Assembly (NCBI GenBank): GCA_041654255.1
Contig: JBAZDX010000008.1
Coordinates: 7,210 to 71,209, forward strand
DNA length: 64,000 nt
Source: Sulfurimonas sp.
GTDB lineage: Bacteria; Campylobacterota; Campylobacteria; Campylobacterales; Sulfurimonadaceae
Reading direction: 5' to 3'
Shown here piece after piece: positions 17,173-27,264 of this stretch. Below the pieces are notes generated by a model. The model saw only the letters and a list, made by a program, of their open reading frames with translations, had not been told where the DNA came from and searched no databases. The position numbers and the translations under genes are program-made. Within the stretch, counting starts at the first letter, position 1; each line of letters begins with the position of its first letter.

Positions 17173-17925
17173 CTACTTTTCAAAACTTGGAACTATCCTG
17201 TAACCAATTCCGTAAATACTCTCAATACAGTTTTCAGGCAATTTTTTTCTCAGTTTTGAAACAAGCTTTCTTATGTTGACGATATCTAAACATTCACTAA
17301 GTGAACTGTAATAAGCGGTAATGTCTTCATTTGAGTATATTTTACCGATATTATCGCTTAGGAGCTGCAAAAATAGTATCTCATATTTTGTCAAAGTAAC
17401 CATCGATCCATGAACTTGTAAAATATTTGTCTCTTTATTGAATGTAGCCGAGCCGTTTAGTTTTATTAATGTTGAGCTGTTGTGATTATTGTTTTCGCTA
17501 TTTTGAAGTGTCACTTTTTTTGATGCTCTTAGCAGTACTTTTAGTAAATCTTGGTAATCAATAGGTTTTTTTATAAATTGTTCAATTCCTAAATTAATCA
17601 GAGGGAGTAGATACTTCGCGTCATCGTGTGCAGATAGAATTATAACAATCTGTTCAGGATTTAGGTTGTAAATACTTTCTACCATTTCAACACCGTTAAG
17701 TCGCGGCATCTGTATGTCTGAGAGAATAATGTCATAATACTTAGACTCTTTTGCGTAAAACTCTTTATATTTTCTAATTGCTTCTTCGCCGTTGTTTGCG
17801 CTATCAACCTGATGGAAAAATGTTTTCAATATCTCTCTTGTGTTTTCTCTGAGATCATCATAATCTTCAACAAAAAGAATGGATAACTTTTTAGTGTGAA
17901 TTAACAATTCTTTGGAATTCAGCAT
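17173..17925 (-). CDS. Response regulator with an OmpR-like winged-helix output domain
   Basis: It has the receiver motifs 'ILFVEDYDD' and 'IILSDIQMP', and a C-terminal 'IESIYGIGYRIV' wing. Confidence 0.8.
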   Translation of the reverse strand: MLNSKELLIHTKKLSILFVEDYDDLRENTREILKTFFHQVDSANNGEEAIRKYKEFYAKESKYYDIILSDIQMPRLNGVEMVESIYNLNPEQIVIILSAHDDAKYLLPLINLGIEQFIKKPIDYQDLLKVLLRASKKVTLQNSENNNHNSSTLIKLNGSATFNKETNILQVHGSMVTLTKYEILFLQLLSDNIGKIYSNEDITAYYSSLSECLDIVNIRKLVSKLRKKLPENCIESIYGIGYRIVPSFEK

Positions 17926-18021
17926 ACCGACTATCCTTTGTGATTATTTTATCAAATGATTATATCCATTATTGATTCTATATTCAAGAAAATAAGATAT
18001 TATTACAATAAAAGAGAATAA

Positions 18022-18222
18022 ATGAAACTTATAATTAATGGTGAAACAAAAGAGTTTAATGAAAATATTACTCTAGAAAAAGCACTCGAAGAGTTAGGTT
18101 TGAGCGGCAAGGTTATGGCAGCTGCTGTTAATATGGAAATTGTAAAACAAGATAAGTGGAGTGTCCATATACTTTGTGATATGGATAAATTAGAGTTGCT
18201 TGATTTTGTCGGGGGAGGCTGA
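18022..18222 (+). CDS. thiS: Sulfur-carrier protein ThiS
   Basis: It is 66 aa, starts 'MKLIINGE', and ends in the GG terminus. Confidence 0.8.
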   Translation: MKLIINGETKEFNENITLEKALEELGLSGKVMAAAVNMEIVKQDKWSVHILCDMDKLELLDFVGGG

Positions 18223-18564
18223 TTCGACTACTACAACCGCTATTGCATAATCCCCATCATGTGTAATAGAAAGACTGGAATCTAATATATTAAAATTATT
18301 TAGCAGCTTTTCTGATAACTTTAGCTTTGGCGCTCCGTATGATGTTTTATAAATTACAATATCGCCAAAGTTGCACTCGTGACCTATGCCAACACCAAGA
18401 GCTTTTGAGCAAGCCTCTTTAGCTGCCCAAAATCCAGAAGCGGTTTTGTAGTTTTTAACAAGAAGTATCTCATCCGGAGACAAGAATTTTTGAAGTGCCC
18501 TCTCACCAAACCGCTCAATTAAGCGATTCATGCGAGATGTTTTAATGAGGTCTATACCAATCAT
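18190..18564 (-). CDS. acpS: Holo-ACP synthase
   Basis: 'MIGIDLIKTSR...' and 'ITHDGDYAIAVV' are AcpS signatures. Confidence 0.85.
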   Translation of the reverse strand: MIGIDLIKTSRMNRLIERFGERALQKFLSPDEILLVKNYKTASGFWAAKEACSKALGVGIGHECNFGDIVIYKTSYGAPKLKLSEKLLNNFNILDSSLSITHDGDYAIAVVVVESASPDKIKQL

Positions 18565-19128
18565 CTACTGTATAACAAATTCCGTAAAATAGATACCTTT
18601 TATGCTGCCATCAGCAATCATAGCATTTAGTGTATCAATAATCTGCTCTGAAATTTTTTGCTTCCCTTTTTTTGAAGATATCTCTTCCAATGTTTTAGAG
18701 GTTAAAATTCTTATAATTCTATCTCTTATAACAGGAGCCTTTTTGTCAAGTTCCATGCTTAACTCTTGACCGTTTAACTCTAGTGAAATAGTAGCTTTTA
18801 GGTAGCGACGTCCGGCGTCACTTTTAAGGTTAACAGTAAAAGTGTCAAGTGGGTAGAGAATTCCTATATCGCTTAATTTTCTAGTGTCCATTTCGTCTGA
18901 ATCTTCTCTAGATCTGCTTGATGAAGCTTTTTGGTGAGCTGGAGGAGCGCTTTGTTCTACGACAGGCGCAGGTGCAGGTGCATGCTCTTCTTCATTCATT
19001 AAAATAAAAGCGACTGCTGCTCCACCAACTATTATAAGCACCAAAACAGCAATTATAATTATCATTAATTTACTGCTTGATTTTTTAGTTTCTGTAGTTG
19101 CCTCTTCTTTTGTCTCTTTACTAGACAT
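18565..19128 (-). CDS. fliL: Flagellar basal-body-associated protein FliL
   Basis: It has a TM helix followed by 'FTVNLKSDAGRRYLKATISLEL'. Confidence 0.8.
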   Translation of the reverse strand: MSSKETKEEATTETKKSSSKLMIIIIAVLVLIIVGGAAVAFILMNEEEHAPAPAPVVEQSAPPAHQKASSSRSREDSDEMDTRKLSDIGILYPLDTFTVNLKSDAGRRYLKATISLELNGQELSMELDKKAPVIRDRIIRILTSKTLEEISSKKGKQKISEQIIDTLNAMIADGSIKGIYFTEFVIQ

Positions 19129-19195
19129 TATTCATCCTTGAGTTTAGTTTTGTTAGTATATCGAAATTTATACCGGTTTATAAAATTGCGACTCT

Positions 19196-19453
19196 CTAGT
19201 CACATTTTGTTATATTTAAAGTTCTTATAATTTCTTCAAATATTACACCGGCTTCACGGTTTATATCGTCTTGATATTCAATGACTACAACATCTTTTTC
19301 ATTAGATATTTTACAAGTATATGTTTCAGGTTTTATTTGATATTTGGAAGTAATTTTGTCAATAGTAGAGCATACATACTCACCTTCCTCTTTTCCTTCA
19401 TATGATATAGATATTTTGGAAAACTTCTCTTCACTTCTTACTTGGGCATCCAT
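19196..19453 (-). CDS. Hypothetical protein
   Basis: It is an 85 aa ORF in the operon context upstream of fliL. Confidence 0.4.
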   Translation of the reverse strand: MDAQVRSEEKFSKISISYEGKEEGEYVCSTIDKITSKYQIKPETYTCKISNEKDVVVIEYQDDINREAGVIFEEIIRTLNITKCD

Positions 19454-19532
19454 ACGGCGACTTCCTTTGAAAATATTTAAATTCGCAGATTATACTATTA
19501 ATAGAGTAAAACAGATTTTAATGTTTCTCAAA

Positions 19533-20879
19533 TTAGTACCATTCTAAAAGTTTTGTAACTTCATCGACAATAAAAGTCTTAATATTTGATTTTTCCAATG
19601 GTTTTTTACAAACAAGAGCTTTTGAGATATTTTGCATACTCGCCTCTCTTAGCCTGACATCCATTCCAAAAACCTCTCTTACGTCGCCTACAAGAGAAAC
19701 TTCACCTATAAAAATTGTTTTTTTTGAAATAGCACGATTACGAAAACTGCTGATAATTGCCGCCAAAACAGCTAAATCGGCTGATGTTTCGGTTATTTTA
19801 ATTCCACCCGTTATGTTAATAAACACATCATATCCAGAGAGTGGAATTTCAAGCTTTCTCTCCAGCAGAGCTAGCAACATGTTCAATCTATTTGTATCAA
19901 AACCGGTAGCCTGCCTCTTTGAGTTTGCGGTGTGTGATTCTGATACAAGTGCCTGAACCTCAAGTATTATAGGGCGGGAACCCTCCATAATAACGGTAAG
20001 CGCAGAACCTGCCTGTTCAGAATCACGGTTAAAAAATCTTGAGCCTACATCGGTTGCAGAGACCAACCCGTCGCTTCTCATCTCAAAAACACCTATTTCG
20101 CTTGTTGGTCCAAAACGGTTTTTAAATCCTCTTAAAATTCTTAACTCTTGTGACGAATCGCCCTCAAAATAGAGCACTGTATCCACCATATGCTCCAAAA
20201 CTCTAGGACCTGCTATTGAGCCCTCTTTTGTGATATGCCCTATAATAAAAATTGCTATATTTTTATCTTTTGCTATTCGCATCAGCTCAAAGGTAATTTG
20301 TCTTACCTGAGTTACCGAGCCTGGTGCCGAGGAAATATTTTGGGAGTAGAGAGTTTGAATGGAGTCAATAATTATAAAATCGTAGTTACGATGTTCAAGT
20401 TCAATTAGAACCTGCTCAAGTCTTATCTCGCTAAGCAGATATAGAGAGTCATGATTTGCATTTAGGCGGTTTGCACGAAGTTTTATCTGTCCGCTCGACT
20501 CCTCTCCGGTTACATAAAGAACATTTTGCCCTCTAGAAGCTATGTCGCCGCCGACTTTTAAGAGCAGAGTTGATTTTCCGACACCGGGACTTCCGCCAAT
20601 TAGCGTAAGTGAACCGGGAACAACTCCCCCGCCGAGTACAGTGTCTAACTCTTTGCTTCCTGAGCTAAATCTAAATACCTCTTCCTCTTTTATGTCATTT
20701 ATACTTAGCGCTTTTGCGGATGAACCGGATGTTGACTTTGTCTGCTTTACAACCTCTTGCTGATGTTCGCTGAGTTCTACAAAAGAGTCCCACGCTCCGC
20801 AATTTGTGCATTTTCCCATCCATCTTGGAGTTGTTAAACCACAGTGCTGACACTCAAAAAGAATCTTTTTTTTGGACAT
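19533..20879 (-). CDS. radA: DNA repair protein RadA
   Basis: It has the N-terminal zinc finger 'CQHCG...CTNCGAW', Walker A 'GGSPGVGKST', and a Lon-like C-terminus. Confidence 0.95.
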   Translation of the reverse strand: MSKKKILFECQHCGLTTPRWMGKCTNCGAWDSFVELSEHQQEVVKQTKSTSGSSAKALSINDIKEEEVFRFSSGSKELDTVLGGGVVPGSLTLIGGSPGVGKSTLLLKVGGDIASRGQNVLYVTGEESSGQIKLRANRLNANHDSLYLLSEIRLEQVLIELEHRNYDFIIIDSIQTLYSQNISSAPGSVTQVRQITFELMRIAKDKNIAIFIIGHITKEGSIAGPRVLEHMVDTVLYFEGDSSQELRILRGFKNRFGPTSEIGVFEMRSDGLVSATDVGSRFFNRDSEQAGSALTVIMEGSRPIILEVQALVSESHTANSKRQATGFDTNRLNMLLALLERKLEIPLSGYDVFINITGGIKITETSADLAVLAAIISSFRNRAISKKTIFIGEVSLVGDVREVFGMDVRLREASMQNISKALVCKKPLEKSNIKTFIVDEVTKLLEWY

Positions 20880-21235
20880 ATTTTTAGCCTTTTAGGAGGA
20901 TTTGAAGAATTATACACTTATAGAATCTGAGATGTTTAAAATATGGCAAATTGACATATGTAATGTAATGATTTTGTAATAATTGAGATATACAATTCAA
21001 CAACAAAATAACAGAAGGTAATAAAAATGAATAGTTTAATAACAAGACTAGAGACTCCGCAGGTAGTTTACACACTCTCTTTTATATGGTTGGCGATAAT
21101 AACAACCAATATAGTTATATCTTCTATTCTTCTTGCTGAGTTGGTTTAGTTTTTTTTACATTTAGCAATATGTAATAGTCAAGTAATAATTGACGTATAC
21201 AATTTGGCAATAAAAAAATAACTAGGACTATATGG

Positions 21236-23281
21236 ATGAAAAAAATCTCCATAAAAACACAAATTCTTATTCTTACAACAATATCTCTAACGCTGCTTGC
21301 GATAATAGCCACTTATATATCAAGCTCAAAAAGCAGAGATGCTTTAATGAGTAATGGTTATGCTAACTTAACTACAATTAGAGATATGAAAAAAAATCAG
21401 ATAGAAGGTTTGTTTAAAAAGTGTGTTGTGGACATTGATGTCTTGGCAAACAGTGACAATCTTCAAAGCATTACGTGGGATATGCTTAGTCTTTATGATG
21501 AACTTGAAGTTGGCGAGAGCGAGCCGTTTCCGGTAAAAGAGTCCTCCGCAAAAGAGATGAGGCTTCCGCATGAGGTCTATTTTCAAAAATATTTAAAAGA
21601 GTATGGATACAGCGATATATATGTTATTTCTGCAAAGCATGGACATGTTATGTACAGTGCGGCAAAAAAATCTGATTACGGCACAAATCTTACATATGGT
21701 TCATTAAAAGATAGCGGGCTTGGTGAAATTTATAGAAAAACTCTCCAAAACAAAAGACCAACATTCGTTGATATGAAACCGTATGTGGCAGATAGTAACG
21801 CTCCATCCATTTTTATTGGAACGCCTATCATTGTAGCTGCAGAGATAAAAGGCGTGCTAGTATTTAAAATAGATAACACGTTGATTAAAAAAATTATGCA
21901 GTACAGAGGCGGTTACGGAGAGTCCCAAGAGGATTATCTTGTAGGCGGCGACAAATTAATGAGAAGCGATAGTTATCTTGATCCAAAAGGTCACTCTCTT
22001 CAAGCCTCTTTTGCAAATCCTACGACAGGTTCTGTTGACACTGAGGCGTCTCGTGATGCGTTGGCGGGCAAAAGTGAGACTAAAATAGTAATTGATTACA
22101 ACGGCAATCCTGTACTCTCCTCTTTTTCTACGGTCAATGTCGGTGAAGATTTTAAGTGGGCGATACTCTCAGAGATAGATGAAGCAGAGGTTCTTAAAGT
22201 TCCAAACAGTATCAGAAATACTCTTATTATTGACTCTCTAATTCTGCTTGTTATTATTGTTGCTATTGCTATTTTCTTAGTAAACAGAAGCCTTATTAAA
22301 CCAATCGAGCGTTTCAAAGAGACGCTAACAAATATAGGAAACAATAAAAATCTAACATTAAGCGTAGATGAAAACGCTCCGCTTGAACTCTCACAAATGG
22401 CTAAAAGCTTCAATGATTTAATAAAAGCATTAAAAGATTTGATAGAGACCTCCAAACAGTCCTCAAGCGAAAACGCTTCCATATCACATGAGCTCTCAAC
22501 AACAGCCATGGGTGTCGGAGAGAATGTTGAGAAGTCTGTTGTTGTTATTGATGAAGCTACCAAAAAAGCAAACAGCATCAAAGATGAAATAAAAAATGCT
22601 ATTTATGATGCCGGGGAGAGCAAAAAAGATATTATCAGAGCAAATGATAACCTTGACCTTGCAAGAGATGAGATAGTTAAGTTGACACACAAAGTTCAAA
22701 GCTCTGCAGAGCTTGAGATTGAACTCTCACAAAGAATGCAGACACTCTCTCAAGAAGCAAACGAGGTTAAAAATGTGTTAGAGATTATCTCAGACATTGC
22801 AGACCAGACAAACCTGCTTGCACTTAACGCTGCCATAGAAGCTGCTCGTGCCGGTGAACACGGAAGAGGATTTGCCGTTGTTGCAGATGAAGTAAGAAAA
22901 CTTGCAGAGAGAACGCAAAGAAGCTTAACAGAGATAAATGCTACTATCAATGTCATAGTTCAATCTATTATAGAGGTAAGCACACAGATGAACTCTAACT
23001 CGGAGGAGATTCAGGAGTTATCAGAGAGCGCAACAGACGTTGAGAGAAAAATAAACGAGAGTGTCACTATCGTAAAAGATGCTGTAAAAGCAAGTGACAA
23101 AACTGTAAGTGACTTTGAGAAGACGGGAAGAGATGTTGAGTTTATTGTCTCTCAAGTTACTCAGATAAATGAGATATCTTCTAAAAATGCAAGAAACGTT
23201 GAAGAGATTGCTGCGGCGGCAGAGCATCTAAACTCAATGACGGATGAGTTGCACGCGAAGTTGGAGACTTTTAGAACTTAA
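21236..23281 (+). CDS. Methyl-accepting chemotaxis protein (Cache-type sensor)
   Basis: It has two TM helices flanking a periplasmic domain, and the highly conserved signalling hairpin '[36 protein letters not shown]'. Confidence 0.9.
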   Translation: MKKISIKTQILILTTISLTLLAIIATYISSSKSRDALMSNGYANLTTIRDMKKNQIEGLFKKCVVDIDVLANSDNLQSITWDMLSLYDELEVGESEPFPVKESSAKEMRLPHEVYFQKYLKEYGYSDIYVISAKHGHVMYSAAKKSDYGTNLTYGSLKDSGLGEIYRKTLQNKRPTFVDMKPYVADSNAPSIFIGTPIIVAAEIKGVLVFKIDNTLIKKIMQYRGGYGESQEDYLVGGDKLMRSDSYLDPKGHSLQASFANPTTGSVDTEASRDALAGKSETKIVIDYNGNPVLSSFSTVNVGEDFKWAILSEIDEAEVLKVPNSIRNTLIIDSLILLVIIVAIAIFLVNRSLIKPIERFKETLTNIGNNKNLTLSVDENAPLELSQMAKSFNDLIKALKDLIETSKQSSSENASISHELSTTAMGVGENVEKSVVVIDEATKKANSIKDEIKNAIYDAGESKKDIIRANDNLDLARDEIVKLTHKVQSSAELEIELSQRMQTLSQEANEVKNVLEIISDIADQTNLLALNAAIEAARAGEHGRGFAVVADEVRKLAERTQRSLTEINATINVIVQSIIEVSTQMNSNSEEIQELSESATDVERKINESVTIVKDAVKASDKTVSDFEKTGRDVEFIVSQVTQINEISSKNARNVEEIAAAAEHLNSMTDELHAKLETFRT

Positions 23282-23283
23282 TC

Positions 23284-24165
23284 CTAGCTCTCTTCTTCAA
23301 CATAAATAGCGTCGAGCAAGCCATCAACAAACTCATATTTGTCAAACGGTGTCAGATTTTCAGGCTGTTCGCCTGTCCCCACATAAAGTATAGGCAGTCT
23401 GAGCGCATAAGCGATACTGAAAATACTGCCGCCTTTTGCTGTTCCGTCTAGCTTAGTGATGATAATGCCGTCGATTCCTATCATCTCATTAAAGGCTTTT
23501 GCTTGAGCTATGGCAGAGTTGCCTTGCGTTCCATCTATGATTAGTATGGTTCTATGAGGTGCGCCGCTGTGAGCTTTGCCACAAATTCTATGAATTTTTT
23601 TAAGCTCATTCGCCAGATTTGTTTGGGTATGAAGTCTTCCTGCCGTATCAATAATAACGTTGTCAAAACCTTTTGATTTTGCAGAATCAATTGTATCGTA
23701 GGCAACAGCAGAGCTGTCATGTCCCTGTTTTGAAGCTATTATCGGAATATCTAGTTTTTTTGCCCAAAGGGTCAGCTGCTCTATTGCAGCTGCGCGAAAA
23801 GTGTCTCCTGCGCCAAGAATAACCTTTTTGCCATCATTTTTATAGCGGGCTGCAAGTTTTGAGATTGTAGTTGTTTTTCCTGCACCGTTGACTCCGACTA
23901 TCAGCTCAACAAACGGAGCCGTAAACTCAGGCTCTTTGTATGTACTATCAGCAAGTGTAGCGAGCAGCTTTGAGCGAAGAATATCGCGGGTTACTTTGCT
24001 TTGGTATATCTCGTTTAAAATTATCTCAACAAGTGCATACTCGACATCAGCTTCTAGTAGAATAGTTTCAATTTCATCTTTTGAAAATGATATTTTCCTT
24101 TTTGGAACTACTGATTTTATGGCCTCAGCAGTTTTGCTGAGAGATTTTTTTATGAATCCAAACAT
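23284..24165 (-). CDS. ftsY: Signal recognition particle receptor FtsY
   Basis: It has '[15 protein letters not shown]', 'DTAGR' and '[10 protein letters not shown]'. Confidence 0.95.
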   Translation of the reverse strand: MFGFIKKSLSKTAEAIKSVVPKRKISFSKDEIETILLEADVEYALVEIILNEIYQSKVTRDILRSKLLATLADSTYKEPEFTAPFVELIVGVNGAGKTTTISKLAARYKNDGKKVILGAGDTFRAAAIEQLTLWAKKLDIPIIASKQGHDSSAVAYDTIDSAKSKGFDNVIIDTAGRLHTQTNLANELKKIHRICGKAHSGAPHRTILIIDGTQGNSAIAQAKAFNEMIGIDGIIITKLDGTAKGGSIFSIAYALRLPILYVGTGEQPENLTPFDKYEFVDGLLDAIYVEEES

Positions 24166-24713
24166 TAGTTGCCTAAAGCATTTCTAATATCACTATCTAT
24201 AAACTCTTCTTCCGTTGCGCCGACGTAATGGTTGATTAATTTTCCGTTTTTGTACATTGCCATAGTAGGAATAGGGAATCTCTCTCCGAGTTTCAACTCT
24301 TTTACAATCGCACTGCTTAGACGGCGATTTTGTTCTGAGTTTACTAAGATATATTTGGCACCGTATGTAGTTGCAAACTCTTTAAGTTTTTCATCTAAGA
24401 TATTCTCTTCAATTGTTATACCAATAATAATAAGTTTATCTTTGTATTTCTCTTTGAGGGAGCTTAGATGCGGTGCCGCAGCACGACAAGGAGGACACCA
24501 AGTTGCAAAAATATCAAAAATTACTACTTTATCCTCCGCACCCTCAAGCATAAAACCATTGGCAACTTTTTTTACGATATACTCTTTTTTGTCAAGAGCA
24601 CTCAATTTGTACTCATCTGTTGATATCATATCATTACCGTTTGATTTATCGGAACAACCTTGAAATAGAAGTGTTAAGAGTATAGATAGAAGAAAAATAG
24701 ACTTTTTAAACAT
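24165..24713 (-). CDS. TlpA-like thiol:disulfide oxidoreductase lipoprotein
   Basis: It has the lipobox 'LFQGCS' and the thioredoxin motif 'WCPPC'. Confidence 0.8.
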   Translation of the reverse strand: MFKKSIFLLSILLTLLFQGCSDKSNGNDMISTDEYKLSALDKKEYIVKKVANGFMLEGAEDKVVIFDIFATWCPPCRAAAPHLSSLKEKYKDKLIIIGITIEENILDEKLKEFATTYGAKYILVNSEQNRRLSSAIVKELKLGERFPIPTMAMYKNGKLINHYVGATEEEFIDSDIRNALGN

Positions 24714-24776
24714 TTGCTTACCTTGTTTTCTGTTTTTGGAGTAAAATTATCGAAATTATAGCCACAAAGATTTTAT

Positions 24777-25349
24777 ATGCCTCTTACAAAATCAATTTTT
24801 AGACAAAATTGTTTGGATAAAATAAAAAATAGCCCGAAACATAACCGCATATATAAAAATGCAAAGATAAATCAAGTGCTGATAAAAGAGCTGAAAAAAT
24901 TTAAAAATTTAAAAATACTTTTTTACACATCTCTGCCTTTTGAGGCAAATACGGCAAAATCAATACAAATTTTGAGAAAAAAATATGAAATTTTTGTGCC
25001 GTTTATGGAAGGCGAAAGTTTTAAGATGGTACCATTTAGGTTACCGCTTAAGAAAAAAAAATTTGGTATTTATGAAGCGGGAAACAGTTTAAGAAAAATT
25101 AAAAAAATAGATGTGGCCATAGTACCAGTTGTCGGTGTAGATGGAAATTTACAAAGAGTTGGTTTTGGAAAAGGGATGTATGATCGTTTCTTTGCAAAGT
25201 TAAAAAAGAGACCGTACACGATTTTTATACAATCAGAATTTTGTTATACAAAAGAGCTCATTTGTGATGATTATGACATTACATGTGATTTGATAATTAC
25301 GCCGCACGTTAAAGTGCAAAATAAAAATATGGCTATAAACAGGAAATAG
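24777..25349 (+). CDS. 5-formyltetrahydrofolate cyclo-ligase
   Basis: The size and 'VPVVGVDGNLQRVGFGKGMYDRF' fit the family. Confidence 0.7.
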   Translation: MPLTKSIFRQNCLDKIKNSPKHNRIYKNAKINQVLIKELKKFKNLKILFYTSLPFEANTAKSIQILRKKYEIFVPFMEGESFKMVPFRLPLKKKKFGIYEAGNSLRKIKKIDVAIVPVVGVDGNLQRVGFGKGMYDRFFAKLKKRPYTIFIQSEFCYTKELICDDYDITCDLIITPHVKVQNKNMAINRK

Positions 25350-25350
25350 G

Positions 25351-26919
25351 ATGTTAAACGAGATACTAATCGGCGGCTCCATAGCCTCCGTTAGTGGGCT
25401 TGTTGGATTTTTCATCTCTAAAAAAATAACTAATGCTAATTTTGATATATATGTCGAAAAAGCTAAAGCTCAAGCCGGTGCAATTGAAAATGAAGCACAG
25501 ATGCTTTTGTATAAAGCTAATATTAAATCTCAAGAGATAGAGCTAGAAGCTACAAAGTTGTATGAAAATGCAAAAGAGAGAGCTAAAGCAGACCTTAGTC
25601 AAAGAGAAGACGATATTATAAAAAAAGAGCAGAGCTTTAAACGCTATAAACAAAATGAAGATAGAAGACTTCAAGATGAAGTAGCTACTTTAAAAGCTAG
25701 ACAAGTTGATTTAAAAAGAAATGAAAAATCTCTAAACTCACTGAAAAAAAGATATGAAGAGAAGATAGATGAAGCACTAAATGCTATTGAGCATTATGCA
25801 GGTATGACAAAAGATGAGGCTAAGACTGTTTTGCTTGAAAAAGTAGAGGAAAAGTCGCGCGCTGAGATAGCACATGTCGTCAGACGTTATGAAAACGAGG
25901 CGAAGGTAGAAGCTAAGAAAAAGGCAAACTACATCTTGGCTCAGGCAACAAGCCGTTTTGCCGGAGAGTTTGCCGCGGAGCGACTTACAAATTTGGTTCA
26001 TCTCTTTGATGATGAATTAAAAGGTCGCATAATTGGCAAAGAGGGTAGAAATATTAAAACCCTTGAGAATCTTTTGGGTGTGGATATTATAATTGATGAC
26101 ACTCCAAATACAATTTTGGTAAGCAGTTTCAATCTTTACAGGCGTGCAATTGCAACAAAAACTTTAGAGCTGCTGATACAAGACGGTCGTATTCAGCCTG
26201 CGCGCATTGAAGAGATTTACGGCAAAGTTTGCGAAGAGTTTGAAGCTAGCATTTTGACTGAGGGCGAAGATATAGTAATAAACCTTGATATCGGCATTAT
26301 GCATCCAGAACTTATAAAGCTCATTGGCAAGCTTCGCTACCGTGCAAGCTATGGGCAAAACGCTCTCGCGCATACTCTTGAAGTTGCACATCTGGCTGGA
26401 ATTATGGCTGCTGAGATGGGTGGAGATGCTAGGCTTGCAAAGAGAGCAGGGCTACTGCATGATATTGGCAAGGCACTTACTCATGAACATGAGGGAAGCC
26501 ACGTCGACTTGGGCGTACAAATCTGTAACCGTTATAATGAACATAGTGTGGTTATAAATGCTATCTATGCTCATCACGGGCACGAGGAGATTAACTCTAT
26601 AGAGTGCGGTGCAGTTTGTGCCGCAGATGCGCTCTCAGCTGCAAGGCCTGGTGCCAGACGCGAAGTGTTAGAGAGCTTTTTGAAAAGAGTTACTGCAATA
26701 GAAGAGATAGCGTCTGAGCATACGGGCGTTAAACAGGCTTATGCGATTAATGCAGGTCGGGAGGTCAGAGTAATCGTAAACGCTTCTCTTGTAAATGACG
26801 ATGAATCTATTTTGATGGCTAAAGAGATAGCCAAAGAGATAGAGGAGAAAGTTCAATATCCAGGTGAAATAAAAGTAAACGTAATCCGCGAGAGCAGGGC
26901 AGTGGAGTTTGCGAAGTAA
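25351..26919 (+). CDS. rny: Ribonuclease Y
   Basis: It has an N-terminal TM helix, a coiled coil, the KH region 'GRIIGKEGRNIK', and the HD region 'LLHDIGKA'. Confidence 0.95.
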   Translation: MLNEILIGGSIASVSGLVGFFISKKITNANFDIYVEKAKAQAGAIENEAQMLLYKANIKSQEIELEATKLYENAKERAKADLSQREDDIIKKEQSFKRYKQNEDRRLQDEVATLKARQVDLKRNEKSLNSLKKRYEEKIDEALNAIEHYAGMTKDEAKTVLLEKVEEKSRAEIAHVVRRYENEAKVEAKKKANYILAQATSRFAGEFAAERLTNLVHLFDDELKGRIIGKEGRNIKTLENLLGVDIIIDDTPNTILVSSFNLYRRAIATKTLELLIQDGRIQPARIEEIYGKVCEEFEASILTEGEDIVINLDIGIMHPELIKLIGKLRYRASYGQNALAHTLEVAHLAGIMAAEMGGDARLAKRAGLLHDIGKALTHEHEGSHVDLGVQICNRYNEHSVVINAIYAHHGHEEINSIECGAVCAADALSAARPGARREVLESFLKRVTAIEEIASEHTGVKQAYAINAGREVRVIVNASLVNDDESILMAKEIAKEIEEKVQYPGEIKVNVIRESRAVEFAK

Positions 26920-26924
26920 TAAAA

Positions 26925-26960
26925 ACCAGACATAAAGCTGTCAAAACTCTTCTCTATACT
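26925..26960 (+). promoter_or_regulatory. Island box copy 1 (ACCAGACATAAAGCTGTC-N12-TATACT)
   Basis: The box is a perfect copy. It starts 5 nt after the rny stop codon, and the ATG at 26991 lies 30 nt after the hexamer. Confidence 0.5.
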
Positions 26961-26990
26961 TCTCCTATAACTATTTTATAGGAGCTTACA

Positions 26991-27197
26991 ATGCCAAAAC
27001 AAACATCCTCTTTTACTACAAATTATAAACCAACCGACTTCATTGACGCGGAGTTAGTTGATAAGGCTTCGTTGTGGATACTGCGTATTATTGTGAAAAC
27101 ACATGGATATAGAGAGTTTCTGGATGAAAAAGGCAACTTTGAGTATGTCAAACGAACTCTAAAATTGGGCACAAAAACTTCAAGCAAAAATCTATGA
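26991..27197 (+). pseudogene. N-terminal remnant of the downstream AAA+ ATPase gene (frameshift/deletion)
   Basis: This 68 aa ORF overlaps the open upstream extension (from 27163) of the AAA+ frame. The extension reads 'AKIYEVS...', which resembles the segment that normally follows a Walker A. No intact Walker A for AAA domain 1 is present. Confidence 0.45.
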
Positions 27198-27264
27198 AGT
27201 TAGCTATACAAACAGTGAAGAAGAGTCTATTGATGGAAATCAGCGTTTAAAAGCCTATAAAAGC

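Noticed and set aside
18190-18222. The 33-nt convergent overlap of the thiS and acpS 3' ends, considered as a possible antisense regulatory arrangement
   Set aside because: Convergent terminal overlaps are common in compact genomes, and nothing in the sequence (no hairpin or conserved motif) suggests a specific function.
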